NCBI RefSeq assembly: GCF_009914755.1
Contig: NC_060926.1
Reading direction: 5' to 3' (one strand)
Length of the DNA stretch: 64,000 nucleotides
Origin: the human T2T-CHM13v2.0 reference genome, Homo sapiens
Positions 1-12,886 of the stretch are shown here, piece by piece; the first letter of the stretch is position 1, and the number at the start of each line of letters is the position of its first letter. The translations under genes were made by a program, and so were the position numbers. The notes under the pieces were generated by a model that was given only the letters and a program-made list of their open reading frames with translations, was not told the origin of the DNA and made no database searches.

Positions 1-300
1 TCTTCATGGCCTCCTAATTGCAAATTCACATTTTCATTCCAATTTCTTCCTGTGACTTCTCTGCTGTGCATGGTGTTGACCACTTTCTCAGAAACTTTGG
101 GTCTTCCCAGCTTCATCTGGCCTCAGGTCCTGGCTCCTCCCTATATCCGCTCACATCTGGCCTCTCCCCATCAGTCCCTCAGCTCCATCCTCCCTCCACT
201 AGCTGCCAATCATGTGTCCCTGGGTTTCTGTTCCCCACACAGGTGCCTCAGGCAATGGGACTTGCAGACCCACACTCTGCCCCAGCCTCTTGACATGCCC
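1..300 (+). mobile_element. L2 LINE remnant, highly diverged
   Basis: 'gacttctctgctgtgcatggtgttgaccactttctcagaaac' resembles the recalled L2 ORF2 segment (D-L-S-A-A-F-D-T-V-D-H). Boundaries approximate. Confidence 0.4.
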
Positions 301-829
301 ATCAGAGTCCTCATCTGCCATTTGAGAGACAGGAACCCTGGCTCAGATCACAGTATCTCCATGTACCCAGACAGCGGGATCCTAGCAAGAGGGGCTGTCT
401 GCTCAAGGTCATGAGAAAGTGGCAAGCAAAAGAGAAGGGTCGCCTTCCTCGGGATGGGCCAGCCTGAAGGAGTCAGAAGAGCGGGGAGGTATGAGGAACT
501 CTATCTTGGGGCTGAACAGAAGCCCACAGTGCAGCCAGGAAGTGTGACATGAACAGTTCAGGCTGTGCACAAAGACGGGGAGAATGCTGGAGGTTTCTTA
601 TGGCAATGAGAGTTTCACACACCTGCCTTATTGCTTAGCCTTTGTGTTTCCCCTCAGGGATTAGCAATGCAATTCGAAAATAAAACTCACTGTGTGGCTG
701 TTGGAGGGGGTAGCACACAGGCTGCCTCACAGCCAGCACAGGCAAGAAAGTCCCCCCAGGACTCAACAGCAATGGATTTGCAGCGGTGGGTGGCGTTTCC
801 TGTGCCTTTACCCTGGGCTGGCCCCTGTG

Positions 830-1000
830 AAGTGCTTTCTGAGGACTGTCTCAGTCAGTCTTTCCAGCAACCTCAGGAGGCATCATTACCCTCCCCATTT
901 TACCATGAAGGAAACCGAGGCTCAGAGAAGCAAGGAAGTTCCCTAAGGTCACACAGCCGGCCCAGAGGATCAGAACACAAGCCCAGGGGACGCAGCCCCA
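830..1000 (-). mobile_element. MIR SINE
   Basis: 'ccccattttaccatgaaggaaaccgaggctcagagaag...cctaaggtcacacagc' is the reverse of the MIR core. Confidence 0.75.
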
Positions 1001-1544
1001 GGAGCTAATGAGAAAAGTGCCTGTGATTCGGCTTCAGGTCATACTGAGCACTTCTGTAGGCCATGCAAACACATTCTTTTTTTCTTTTTTTCCTAATGCA
1101 GGTTAGGGCTTAACTGGAACTTAACTGGAAACTTCTGTGCACATCTGCAGACACAGAAAAATGAAAACTTTAGCAACCAGCTGCATGTCCCAGAGAACAA
1201 TTTTCCAAGGATAAAAGACACTCAGTGACTTCACAAGCACGGCACTGTGATGTCCCCTCCCTCCCCCTTTCATGAAATTCAGATGTCATTAGAGTAGGCT
1301 CCTAACCGTCCTTACCACATCAGCCCTAGGATGCCTCACTGAGGGCATGCGCTCAGTCATCAAGAGCACGCGGTGGTTTGTGTGCAGAGGGAACTACCCA
1401 AGGGAACAAAAAATAAGAAAAGACCTCAAAGTGGCCCCTGCCCCTGCCCACAGACAGGGAACCGGGTCTTTGTTTTGCTTCCTACGGGGAAGCATGCCCT
1501 GGGCAGTGGGTCTGGGGTGTGAAGACAGCCACCTCCCCACTCCA

Positions 1545-2245
1545 GCGTCTGCGGCTGCAGGTAGGGGAGGAGGCTGGGAGGAGGCCCTTCCGCACTTCCA
1601 AGCTGATCAGCGCAGCGTGAGCGCCGGCGTGCGAGTGGGTGCCGCGTCCAGACGGTTTCCATTTCCCCGGATAACCACGGAAAACATGAATCAGGAGGGC
1701 CCCGCGCTGGCCCAGCTGCAGTGTGGGGGCACACGCCGGTGAGTCACAGGCTGTGCTGCCAGCGCTGTTTTTCACATTTCTGTCCAGGGAACAGTTTCTC
1801 ACTGGACGTTCAGTTTTTTCAGTCCTCTCTTCCCCCAGGACGTTGCTCAGACTGTGTCCAAGGGCTCCCTGTGCCCGCAGTGAGATGACAGCTTTCCTGC
1901 TGCCGGTAACACTGAGGAAGGCTGATTGAGCACAGCTTAGGGGACAAGGTCCCTGCAAATCAGGGACACGGAGTAACTCCTGGTCCTCAGCACAGCCCCT
2001 AGAAGAGGGCGCCTCGCAGACCCATTTCACACATGAAGGAAGCAAGGTCAAAGCTCTGGCCCGGCCGCTCATCAGCTTCCAGGGCTCTGCCCTCGGAGTC
2101 CACGCTCTGAAGCGGGGTCGCGTCAGGCATCGCATCCCCAGCAGCTCACCGATCGCAGTTCCCAAACGGCCGTATGCCGCACACGTCCCAGCTTCTTCCG
2201 GTGGCGATGGCCACAGAGATGCGAGTGCTGTCACTGCTGAACGCA
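1545..2245. promoter_or_regulatory. CpG-rich segment (borderline CpG island)
   Basis: Hand count gives about 44 CpG in about 700 bp of GC-rich unique DNA, far above the rest of the window. Contains AP-1 TGAGTCA at 1740-1746 and a CTCF-like CTAGAAGAGGGCGC at 1999-2012. Confidence 0.5.
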
Positions 2246-2389
2246 GCAGAAGGGCTAAGTGCCCACTCAGCCCAGGGCAGAGGAGCACAAGGTTCCTCCA
2301 ACCTCGAACAGGCTTCCTAGCGTTCCCAGACCCCGTGCCCTCCTTAGAGAGGGAAGGATGCCACCTCCCTCAGGAGCCACTGCCAGGTC

Positions 2390-2585
2390 TGTGCCTGTAC
2401 TTTGCACATATTGTCACCTCCGGTCCTACAACAACCCTCGGCGATGGGCAGGCTCGCTATCCCCACTTACAAGTGAGGAGACTGAAGATCAGAAAGGATA
2501 AGTGAGCGGGCCGTGATCACTCAGCTACTGAGTGGCGGGGCCAGGATCTGAACAGAGGGCTGGTGGCTCCAGGATCTGCAGTCCT
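2390..2585 (-). mobile_element. MIR SINE
   Basis: 'cctacaacaaccct...ccccacttacaagtgaggagactgaagatcaga...ggccaggatctgaac' matches the reverse MIR core. Confidence 0.75.
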
Positions 2586-2735
2586 GCTGAATTCTGGCGT
2601 TCCTCCCTCCTCTGACCCTCCAAGGCTGCCTGCACCTGTGGCAGAGAACACTGAGCTGCCTTTGCATAAATGTGCTCTCACACCATGCTCTGCTTTTCCA
2701 CAGGGCTGTTCATTGCTTGACTTGGCACAATTCAC

Positions 2736-3659
2736 AGTCACGTGCCACACAGTGACAGACCACATATAGGGAGGTGGTCCCATAGATTATAGTGGAACTA
2801 AAACATTTCTATTGCCAGGCCCCCCGGGGCTTTCTGAGTACAAGAAGGCTGCCTTTTTTTTTTTTTTTTTTTTAAATCAGAGCCATTGTAACATTCTAGC
2901 ACAATGACTGTATTTTTTAAATTAATTTAACCTAAGTACACAGTGGTTGGGTTAAAATCTACAGTAGTGTACAGTCATCCCCAAGGCCCTCCCATTCACC
3001 AGCCCCTCACTCACTCACTCACCCAGGGCAATGTCCAGTCCTGCAAGCTCCACTCATGGTAAGTGTATACCATTTTTTATCTTCTATACCATATTTTTAT
3101 AGTACTTTTTCCACATTTGGATATGTTTAGATAAACACACACAGGGCATGGAGCTACAGCTGCCTACAGTATTCAGTACAGTAACATGCTGTAGGACTTT
3201 GCAGTGTAGGAGCAATAGATAGCCTGGGTACGCTGTGGGCTACACCACTTTTTGGCACCAGGGACCGATTTTGTGAAAAACAATTTTTCCAAGGCCCAGG
3301 GCAGGTGTGGAGGAATGCTTTTGGGATGAAACTGTTTCACCTCAGATCATCAGGCATTCGATTCCCATAAGGAGTGCACGACCCAGATCCATTGTATGCG
3401 CAGTTCACAATAGGGTTCATGCCCCTATGAGAATCTAACGCTGCTGCTGATCTGACAGGTGGTAGAGCCCAAGAGGTAATGTCGCTCACCCCCTGCTCAC
3501 CTCCTGCTGTGCGGCCCAGTTCCTAACAGGCCACAGACTGGTACCAACCCCAGGGTTGCAGACCCTGGGCTATTCCACCTAGGTTTGTGTAAGTACACTC
3601 TAGTGTTCACACCATGATGAAATTACCTAAAATGCATTTCTCAGGACACATCCCTGTCT
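2736..3659 (+). mobile_element. Tigger3 family (Tigger3c-like) TcMar DNA transposon, interrupted by MER1B and a short templated insertion
   Basis: Starts 'cagtcacgtgcc...gaccacatata..ggtggtcccatagattat' and has the Tigger3 3' portion 'ctaggtttgtgtaagtacactct'. Clearly homologous to the copy at 60384-61733. Confidence 0.85.
3246..3567 (+). mobile_element. MER1B hAT-Charlie element nested in Tigger3
   Basis: 'ctttttggcaccagggacc...gggatgaaactgtttcacctcagatcatcaggcatt...gggttgcagaccctg'. Flanked by an 8-bp hAT-type TSD, ggctacac (3238-3245) and ggctattc (3568-3575). Confidence 0.88.
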
Positions 3660-3664
3660 ATTAT

Positions 3665-3878
3665 TTATGTATTAAATCTGAACGCTGAAATACTATATAA
3701 TGGTGTGATATGGTGTGTCTCTTCCCAACTCTGTGTCAATGATACACATTGGTAGCTTAAAATCAGCCACGGTGGAAGTATTTACACCATGGAAATTGGC
3801 AAACACTACAGATCAGGTGGGTTTTTTTTCCATTTTTCCTGGAGAGCTGGTTATTAAACATTTATTAGCACCCCGATG
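3665..3878 (+). mobile_element. MER63-like hAT-Blackjack fragment
   Basis: 'tggtagcttaaaatcagccacggtggaagtatttacaccatggaaattggcaaacactaca...ggagagctggttattaaacattta' resembles the recalled MER63 3' end. Confidence 0.6.
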
Positions 3879-4082
3879 GACATAACGTGCACGCAATGTC
3901 TTTTGTATTCAAAACAGCATTTACAATATCATCCACATAAGTAAACATGGATAGAAAGATGACTCTTAAATCTGGAAATCTAGACTTTTGGAAAGTCTAA
4001 CTGAAGATTATAGAATTGTAATTGAAGATTGGGAAAATAAATAATCCTCACAGCATTCCTACAGTTAACCTTGGGAAGTGAA

Positions 4083-4547
4083 TGAGAAAAGAAAAGAACT
4101 TTTATCTGAGGAGTGAGAGTCCTCTTAAATTATCAGACCCAGAGAGACATTAAGATGAGACAGCAATCAGGTCCTACTCCCCACTTGGAGCTATGTCTTC
4201 CCCTCTTGAAACTGCTTGGCACTGCCACAGGTGGCTGTAAATTAACCTAATAATGCTGCACCAGACACTACAACCCACACGCTATAGCTGAACAGTGGAT
4301 AGCCAATCAACTCATCGGTGTGATTTCTGTAAGCCAATGATAATGTCAGACAAATGACTTTGCATCAGGCCACTTCCTGTCCCCCCCCCCTTTTTTTTGT
4401 CTTTAGAAACCTGCTTGTAACAAAGGCCTCGTGAAGCTCTCATCCAAGGTCATTTGTGATTGAGTTTCCCTGGCAGCTGTCCCCGCTTTGGCTCAAGTCA
4501 ACTCTCAATGACATTTTATACCTCAACCTCTTCCTTTTAGGTCAACA
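4083..4547 (+). mobile_element. Solo LTR, LTR47-like (ERVL)
   Basis: TG...CA termini ('tgagaaaagaaaagaacttttatctgagg' ... 'ccttttaggtcaaca'), about 465 bp. Family assignment from recall. Confidence 0.65.
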
Positions 4548-5021
4548 AGATCTACCCTCTCAAAGGGCTCTTGAGTGAGCCCCAAATTGGGTATGACAGC
4601 AGCATCCTCTCAGAGGCTCAGACTTCCTCAGCGCAGATGAATCAGACCAGAGGTACATCGTGTTCATTAGCAAGAAAGTGGACCGGGTTCTGGGGTTGTC
4701 CCTTTGAAAGGCTCCAGAGGAAATTACAAATTATTTTTCTGTGGGGCCACCCTGAAGGGCTTCCTGCCTCCACTCTGGACATCACTGGGCTTTAGTCATA
4801 AGACTCACCCAGTTGGTGGAAACTGGGCACACAGAAGTATGTGGCCACCTTGGAAAAGGCGATGAAGACAATTCTCTCTAATGCAAGAGCAAAGAGATAA
4901 ATGAGGACAGAGTAGCGCTTGCAGCTGGGAGCAGGAAGTGAGGCCAGGCCCCCGGGGCTTTCTGAGTACAAGACAGCTGCCTATTTTTTTTTTTATTATT
5001 TTTTAAAGAGAAAAATGCTAG

Positions 5022-5399
<378 letters not shown>

Positions 5400-7595
5400 T
5401 AACAAAGCCTCATTCTAAATTCTCAGGTGTTTCTTGATGACCCGACCTGTGTAAGAAAGTCACAGAGGCCTTACAAGGTGCCGGGGAGTCCCAGGGGAGT
5501 GAGGGAGGAGGAGAATGCTGTCTGCATGCACTCAGGGGGTACGGCCAAGACCAGGGTGGGGCAAGGCAAAGATGGCTGGAAGAGGAAGTAGATACAAGCA
5601 GCCAGGCCTGGCCACCTGGACTCCTTGGGAGTGGCTAGAGAACTCCTCCTGAGAGCAGAGTCCAGGTGTTTGGGCCCAATCCTGATTATCCACAGGCCCT
5701 AAAGATCCTCCAGACCACTTCTGTGCGGCCTTGGCAAGGTTCCCTCAGAGTGTGGGCTGGAAGGAGATGGAGAGACATGGCTTCCCCTTTGGGAGACAAA
5801 GTAAAGAACTCCATGCTGACTAGGGAAAGGCAGGCGCAGGTTGCTGAGGCTGGCGGGAGGCCCCTGGTCAAGCCTTGGTGGGGCCTAGATCCAAGGTCCT
5901 GACCGGTGCCACCACGGGCCAAGGCCAGCAGTGAGGCCCAGAGGCTAAGCCAATAGCTGTGATGCGGAGGGGGCTGTGGTGTGGGGAGCCTAGGGGTGTA
6001 GAGGAGAACTTCAGGCTCATAAAGAGAAATGTGAGGTGCAGTTCTCATACACGCTGTGGGGCAGTTCCCACAGAGAAAGAAAAATGCTCCAAAAGATTTA
6101 AAACGTTTTCCTTTGATTATTTTGAATTATGGATGATCGTTAGTTCCTTCATTTTATATTCTCTTCTATCAGACTGTTTTGTAAACAACCAAAATGAGGA
6201 CTAAGTTAGAGTCATTTGTTGAGTGAAGAGAGAGGTTTGGAGGAAAGGATATGGGCTCCTGAGGGAGGTTCCCGATGGAGACTAATCACAAACACCTTTG
6301 TACCACTTTCCCACACCCCTGTGGTGGCCCATCCCTAGGTTCTGTGAAAACTGGAAGAAGACATGCCACATGACAGCTGATTTTAATTGAGAACTGGCCC
6401 ATATAGTTTAGTACAGAAACTTGGAACAAATAAACGATGAATATCCAGCCAACATCACATGAGAAGTCATCAGGAGGAATCGGGAAACGGCAGATCCAGC
6501 TTTGACCCAGCAACTTCACCGCAGGGTCCAAATGCTGCACACTGTTTCCTTCTGGAGCCTCCTCAGTGTGTCCAAATGATGAAAGACCTCCCCCAAGAGG
6601 CTAGGATCTGGAGGAGAGGCGTGATGTGTCCAGAGGGATGACAGCATCTGGCAGGGCAGGAGCAGGAAAGAAGCAAAGTTAGATTGAAAAGCCAAAAACG
6701 TCTTCTCCCTCTGTAATGGGAGCTTTAGGAAGGAAGGTGGGCAGGACACCCAGGAGTCCCTTACTAATGAACAATGGGAGCTGGGATGGGAGCCTGGTGA
6801 TGCCTGGACCTTCTGTGGCTCTGCGACGTGGACAGCAGCTGCCAGAGGAGGGAGGCCAGGCTCCATGACAGCCCTCAGCTTAGGTGTGCGATTTAAGAGG
6901 TTTTCCCAAAGAATCTCCTGTCTTTCAAAGATCTGCTTCACGGGTGGTGCTAGGGTCTGAAACCCCCACTCTAGACATTCCTTTGAATGAGGTTACTGGA
7001 GAGCCCTTCTGCCTGTGACCATGCTACCTGGAAGGTCATCTGTCCTCATCTGGAGAAGGGTGGTTGTCCCAAAATGGAACAAGTTAGTACCTGCCCCCAA
7101 CAGGGCATGATATTTTTTTTAAAAGCTTTGTTTTGAGAACCTAGGCTGGTAGTTGTGGGGCTTCAGGGAGGGACAGGGCATGTCAGGGAAGGAGTAAAAA
7201 CAGGAGCAGTGGTAGATCCAGGGCATCCTATTCAACAATTTCAGTGGCGGGTACACTAAGGCCACATACAGTATTTGTGGGTCTGATGATATTTGAGAAC
7301 TAGTTGAAAACCTTTGCAAAACTAGTTTTGTTTGATTATTCTGTTTTTTTTAGTGCCCCGTCTTAAAATTTGGCCATCTGGAAAGATGAGAAGTAGTATC
7401 TCAGCTTGTTTTAATTAACAACTTGTGAGGCTGCATATCTTTTCAAAAGATTGTTAGCCATGTTGGTATATTCTGCTATCAACTGACTACTGATGCTTTT
7501 TGTCTGTTTTTCTATTAGAGTGTTTATCTTTCAGTATATCTATTTCTATCTATCTATCCACCCATCCATCTATACCTATTTTGAAGGATTTCTTT

Positions 7596-7899
<304 letters not shown>

Positions 7900-8369
7900 T
7901 GAAGGATTTCTTTATAGAATCCAAACACTAATCTTTGATTAGATCATAAATGTTTTATGTAGCTTCCCTTAAACAGTGACTTAACTTTGGCATTTCCTTG
8001 TTGTGAAGAAGTTTTCAATTTCTAGTTAGTCAGATTTATCTTTCTTTTTCTCCATGTGTGTTTTCTTTAAGAAGTGTTCTTTTGCTCTAAAGTTACAATA
8101 TTTTCTTTTAGTCTCTTCTAAAAGTTTTCAAGTTATACGATTTACATTTAAGTCTTTGATCTAGTTGTCCTTGCTCTATTTTCTAAACTTTCTGTTCCTC
8201 TCTCACTGATCTTCAAATACCATCGTGGTCATATCTAAGTTCCTGTGTGTGTGTGGGTATCTTTCTTGGCTCTTGGTTCTGCTCCATCAGCAATATTTAT
8301 ATTTACTGGAGTCAGAAACTCACTGTTTGAAATGTTAGAGCTTTATACTAGGTCTCAATATTTGGGTGA

Positions 8370-8768
<399 letters not shown>

Positions 8769-10129
8769 TAAAAACCCTGTTAAGAGTTGTATTGCCCTAG
8801 TATTAAATTTACACACTAATCTGGGAGATAATTTGAATCTTCCTATCCGTGAATATAGTTTTTCTCCTTCTCTGGTTTTCTCTCCCTCTCACCATTTATT
8901 TAAGGCATGTTTGATATCCTCCAATGCAATTTTATTATTTTCTTGCCAAACATCTTTTATTTTTACTTATTCCTTGAAGCTTTTGAACTTTATGTTACCG
9001 TGAGTGCAATCAGTATTTAACTTTGTTACATTCTGTGATTTGTCTTTTCTGGTGTGCAGGAATGTTGTTGCTTTTTGAATATTGATCTGCTATCCCAGAG
9101 CTTGCTGAATTCATCTTTTAAGAATAATAGTACATAGAATCTTTTGATTTCATATGTCAGTGATTATTTCTTCTGCCAATAATGACAATTTGGTTTCTTC
9201 TTTTTCAATTTCTTTACCTCTTATTTAATTTTTCTTTTGCTATTTCAATGTCTGGAACTTCCAGTAAAATGATAAATAGAAACTGAGACAGTAGGTTAAT
9301 GTTTTTTTTGTCTCTGACATTTAAGGGAATTAAAGAGAGTATTTCCATAGCCTCACCATTTAATGTGGGGTTTCTTGTGATCTCCTAAAGCCTTGACCAG
9401 GTTAAGGAAATTTTCTTGTATTCCTGGTGATAAGTTTTACTAAATGTATTTTCTATATATATTGAGTTGATCATATGATCCTCTCGTTTCATCTGATAAT
9501 GTAGTGAATGATATTAATAATTTTGTAATGTTTCACTACCCTTGTATTATTGGTATACATATCACTTAATTATACTTTAAAAAATCTTTTAAACACATTG
9601 ATGGATTTGGTTTACTAATGTGTCATTTAGAGTTTTTGTTTTCATGTTCATAAGTGAGATAATTTCTTTTGTATCATACTCATCTGATTTCAGTGACCTA
9701 ACTTATAAAATGAGTTAGAACATGTTCCCACTCCGTCTGGTTTCTGGAACAGTTCAGAAGACATGGATAGTCTGTTCTCTTTCTGTTTGAGATAACTTCC
9801 CGTAAAATTGTTGAAAGTGAGATTGGCCCGTGTATTTCTTTTCTCATGCTGTGTTTTAATGTCGAAATCAGTATGAGCCTCTTTTAAAAGTGAATTTGAT
9901 CCATGTTTATGGACACTGATCCCGTTTAATCCTATCATCTGGTTTGTGGGTTCCTAACTTCCCTCTTCCGCTCATCCCTTTCCTGACTGCTGTGGGATGG
10001 ATGGGATCTGCCTTTCCCCTTTCTACCTCCACATTTGTGCTTCCTTTCATGCCTTTATCGAGCACAGCACGTGTGTGTGTGATTGTTCTCATTTAAGTCT
10101 TCGCTTCTCTTATACTTTCACACTTTCAT

Positions 10130-10980
10130 CGACTCCACCTCCCCCTCTCTCTGTGCTACATTTGGAATGATTTCCTTAAATCTTTGTTTGCTCCCCTTTT
10201 TCTAATCTATAGCTTAATCTTCTCATTGAATTTTCTCTTGAATGACTATGTTTTTCAACTTCAGCAGGTTTATTATTTGACTTCTTTTATAAACTACCAG
10301 CTTTTCCTTTATGATTTGTGTGTCTTCTTTTATCTCTGTAATGTTTATAAATATGCCATTTTGGGTCATCTTTAATAGGTTGTCCTGTGATTTTTATTTC
10401 TTAACCATTCATCACGGGTACTGATCCATCCTTGGTGGTGAATTTCCTTATGTATTTTGTATTATTAATTGTGAGTTCATGGTCGGTGGATGTGGCCGCA
10501 TCTCTGAGTCCCCAGCTAGGAAGCTTTCCTGGCACAGGATGTTATTTGCTTCAGGATCTAAGAGGATTAACTGGACCCAGACCCATTATTCTGTTCATTT
10601 CTAGGCTCAGCATTTGAGGTGATTTCCCAGAGGGACAGCTTTTCCTCCACTGGAGGGCAGTCTTCCTTGCCCTCTCCATAGGGAGCTAAGTTTTTCTAGG
10701 TCCCTTCTTACATAAGAACAGCCATTCAAGGGCCCCTGCTTCATGCAGGTATATCACTCCTGTCTCCCCAGCTGGAATGCACCCACAGTCCTGTCTCCTG
10801 CCCTGTATGGGCATGAAAACTCAAGCACAGTGCTCAAGCCACTTAGTCACACTGCCCCAGCATTGGCTGTAGAGTGTCATCTTAGCTTTGAGCCCTCTTT
10901 ACATTTGGGGCATCGGACACTGCCCCTTCTTGCTTTTAAGCATGGCTGTGCATTTATTATGAGCATTTTCTTCTCCTGAT
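10130..10980 (-). mobile_element. Possible HAL1 or old L1M 5'/ORF1 remnant
   Basis: T-rich and contiguous with the L1M tract. Only weak motif resemblance. Confidence 0.3.
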
Positions 10981-11039
10981 CCAAAATCCTTGTGTGCAAT
11001 AGTGGAGGAGAACACATCAGGCTGAGCTACCTTGCTTCC

Positions 11040-11380
11040 AGACGTCCTTCCATTCACTCCTTAACATCCTAGAACCTGTATCCATCTGCACCATTCTATC
11101 CAAGTGGCTGCAGACCCGAAACACCAATGACTCCCAGCCACTAAATTCAGCAGCCCTGTGCTAAGCCTCCTGGTGGCCGACCTTTCAGCACCATTCCAGA
11201 TGGTGGCTCCCATTCTTCTGAGTACACTTTTCTCAGGACTTCCACAACACGCCCTCATTTTCCTCTAGTCCTGGTGGCTGATCTTGCTTAGTTTCCTTTG
11301 AGAGCTCACTCATCTCTACCAGTTATCTAATACCTGACCTCTTGACAGTATCAGAGAGTCCAGTGATTCCTTTTCTTTTC
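11040..11380 (+). mobile_element. L2 LINE fragment
   Basis: 'caccaatgactcc...gacctttcagcaccattc...cttccacaacacgccctc' resembles L2 ORF2. Confidence 0.55.
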
Positions 11381-12886
11381 TAAATGGCACAAAAATAGTC
11401 AAGAGCTACCTAAATATTTCTGATAATTGTAAGAAATATTTTCATTGTGAAGCCATCTACAGATACATAAACTCTGCAAAAAGACATGGCTCCTAGAATT
11501 ACATCCTAACAAAAAATAAGGTAAAAGAAAACAAAAAGGTTAAGTTGAGTATATGGGTCAATAATTTTTCATTTTGTTCTTTCTCTAAGTTTTGTAAACC
11601 TGTTTAATGGACTTTTTGGTCAGAATTCAAGCAGAGCTGTGGTTCCCTGACATAATCTCCAAGGCTCCAGCAAATGTCTGGTGGGTACTGTTTCCACTCC
11701 CTTACAGCCTCTCTCTGGACATTTATCTCTCGATCTGGATGTTCGGAGGTTGATGTGAGAGTTGAATTATCCACACCCTCTATCTTGTGCCATGGGGATG
11801 TCTACATGGCAGTTAAGGACTCTTTCCTTTCTCTGCCCACAGCCCAAGCTCTCTCCTGAGCTCTGACCTCCTTGGAGGCACACACTCTTCACACCATCTG
11901 CTCTTACGCTCTCAGAAGGCCTCTTTCTTCTGACTTGGATGTGTCCTGCTGTTGCCACTTTCTGATTACCGTCTCATCTTTACCTCCTTATGTTAAGTCC
12001 TGACGTTCACCAAGTGATTGCTCATGGTCTGGGAACCAGAATCTCGCTTTTAGAGACTTTTAACTCCTGTTTTTGTTCTCTTCTCATCATTTTATCTCCT
12101 GGCTAATCAGATGCCTTTTGCTCTTTTAATCCAATTTTCCAAAGTTTGTGCTTGGAGGAGTTACATTAGAAACCCACTCTGGCAAAATGAAAGGCTATCA
12201 GGCAGCTCTGATATCCTATAAAGATCTGCAGAACCAGACTCAGGCAGAAACCAGGAGAGGTTTACCACTGCCAGCATCTCAATAGGGGATATGTACTTGC
12301 ATGGGGCTGGGGGCAGTGGGCACCACCATGTTTGGCTTGGCCTTGCTGCAGCGACCTTTTGTTGTTGCGGCCAGAACGGCTCACAATGCAAAGTTCCAAG
12401 TGAAGCCACCTGATTCGCTGCATTCATTTGCTGTCTGGGTGCAAGGTGGAGTCCTGCCTGCCACTATCTTAAGATTTCCCCCAAAATATGTGGTGTTTAG
12501 ATGTTGAATAGCCTCAGTAACAAATATCCACTGTAATGATGTCATAAATATCTTTGCACAGGTGTCTGCTGATTACTTCTTCATTTCATCTAAGGATGCG
12601 CTATTGGTAATTGATATTATTTCCATATGAGAGGATACTTTCAGCACTTAAGTGCTCTCTACTTCCCATCAGTACTCCCTACTGGGTTTGAGGGTTTTGT
12701 AATTCTAAATATATTCAGAAACAGAATGCACATAAACTATATGATTTCATTTTTGTGAGAAAATGAATATGTCTATATGTAGTTGGAACAGAGAGAGACA
12801 TTGTTATTTAATGTGAAAACTTGTCTATAGCCATTCATTCCTTTTAGTAACAGCAACAACATCCAAATCTGTAGGGAGATAAATTT

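Noticed and set aside
1482-2288. 268-aa minus-strand ORF
   Set aside because: Non-ATG start, GC-rich context that depletes stops, and no recognisable domain.
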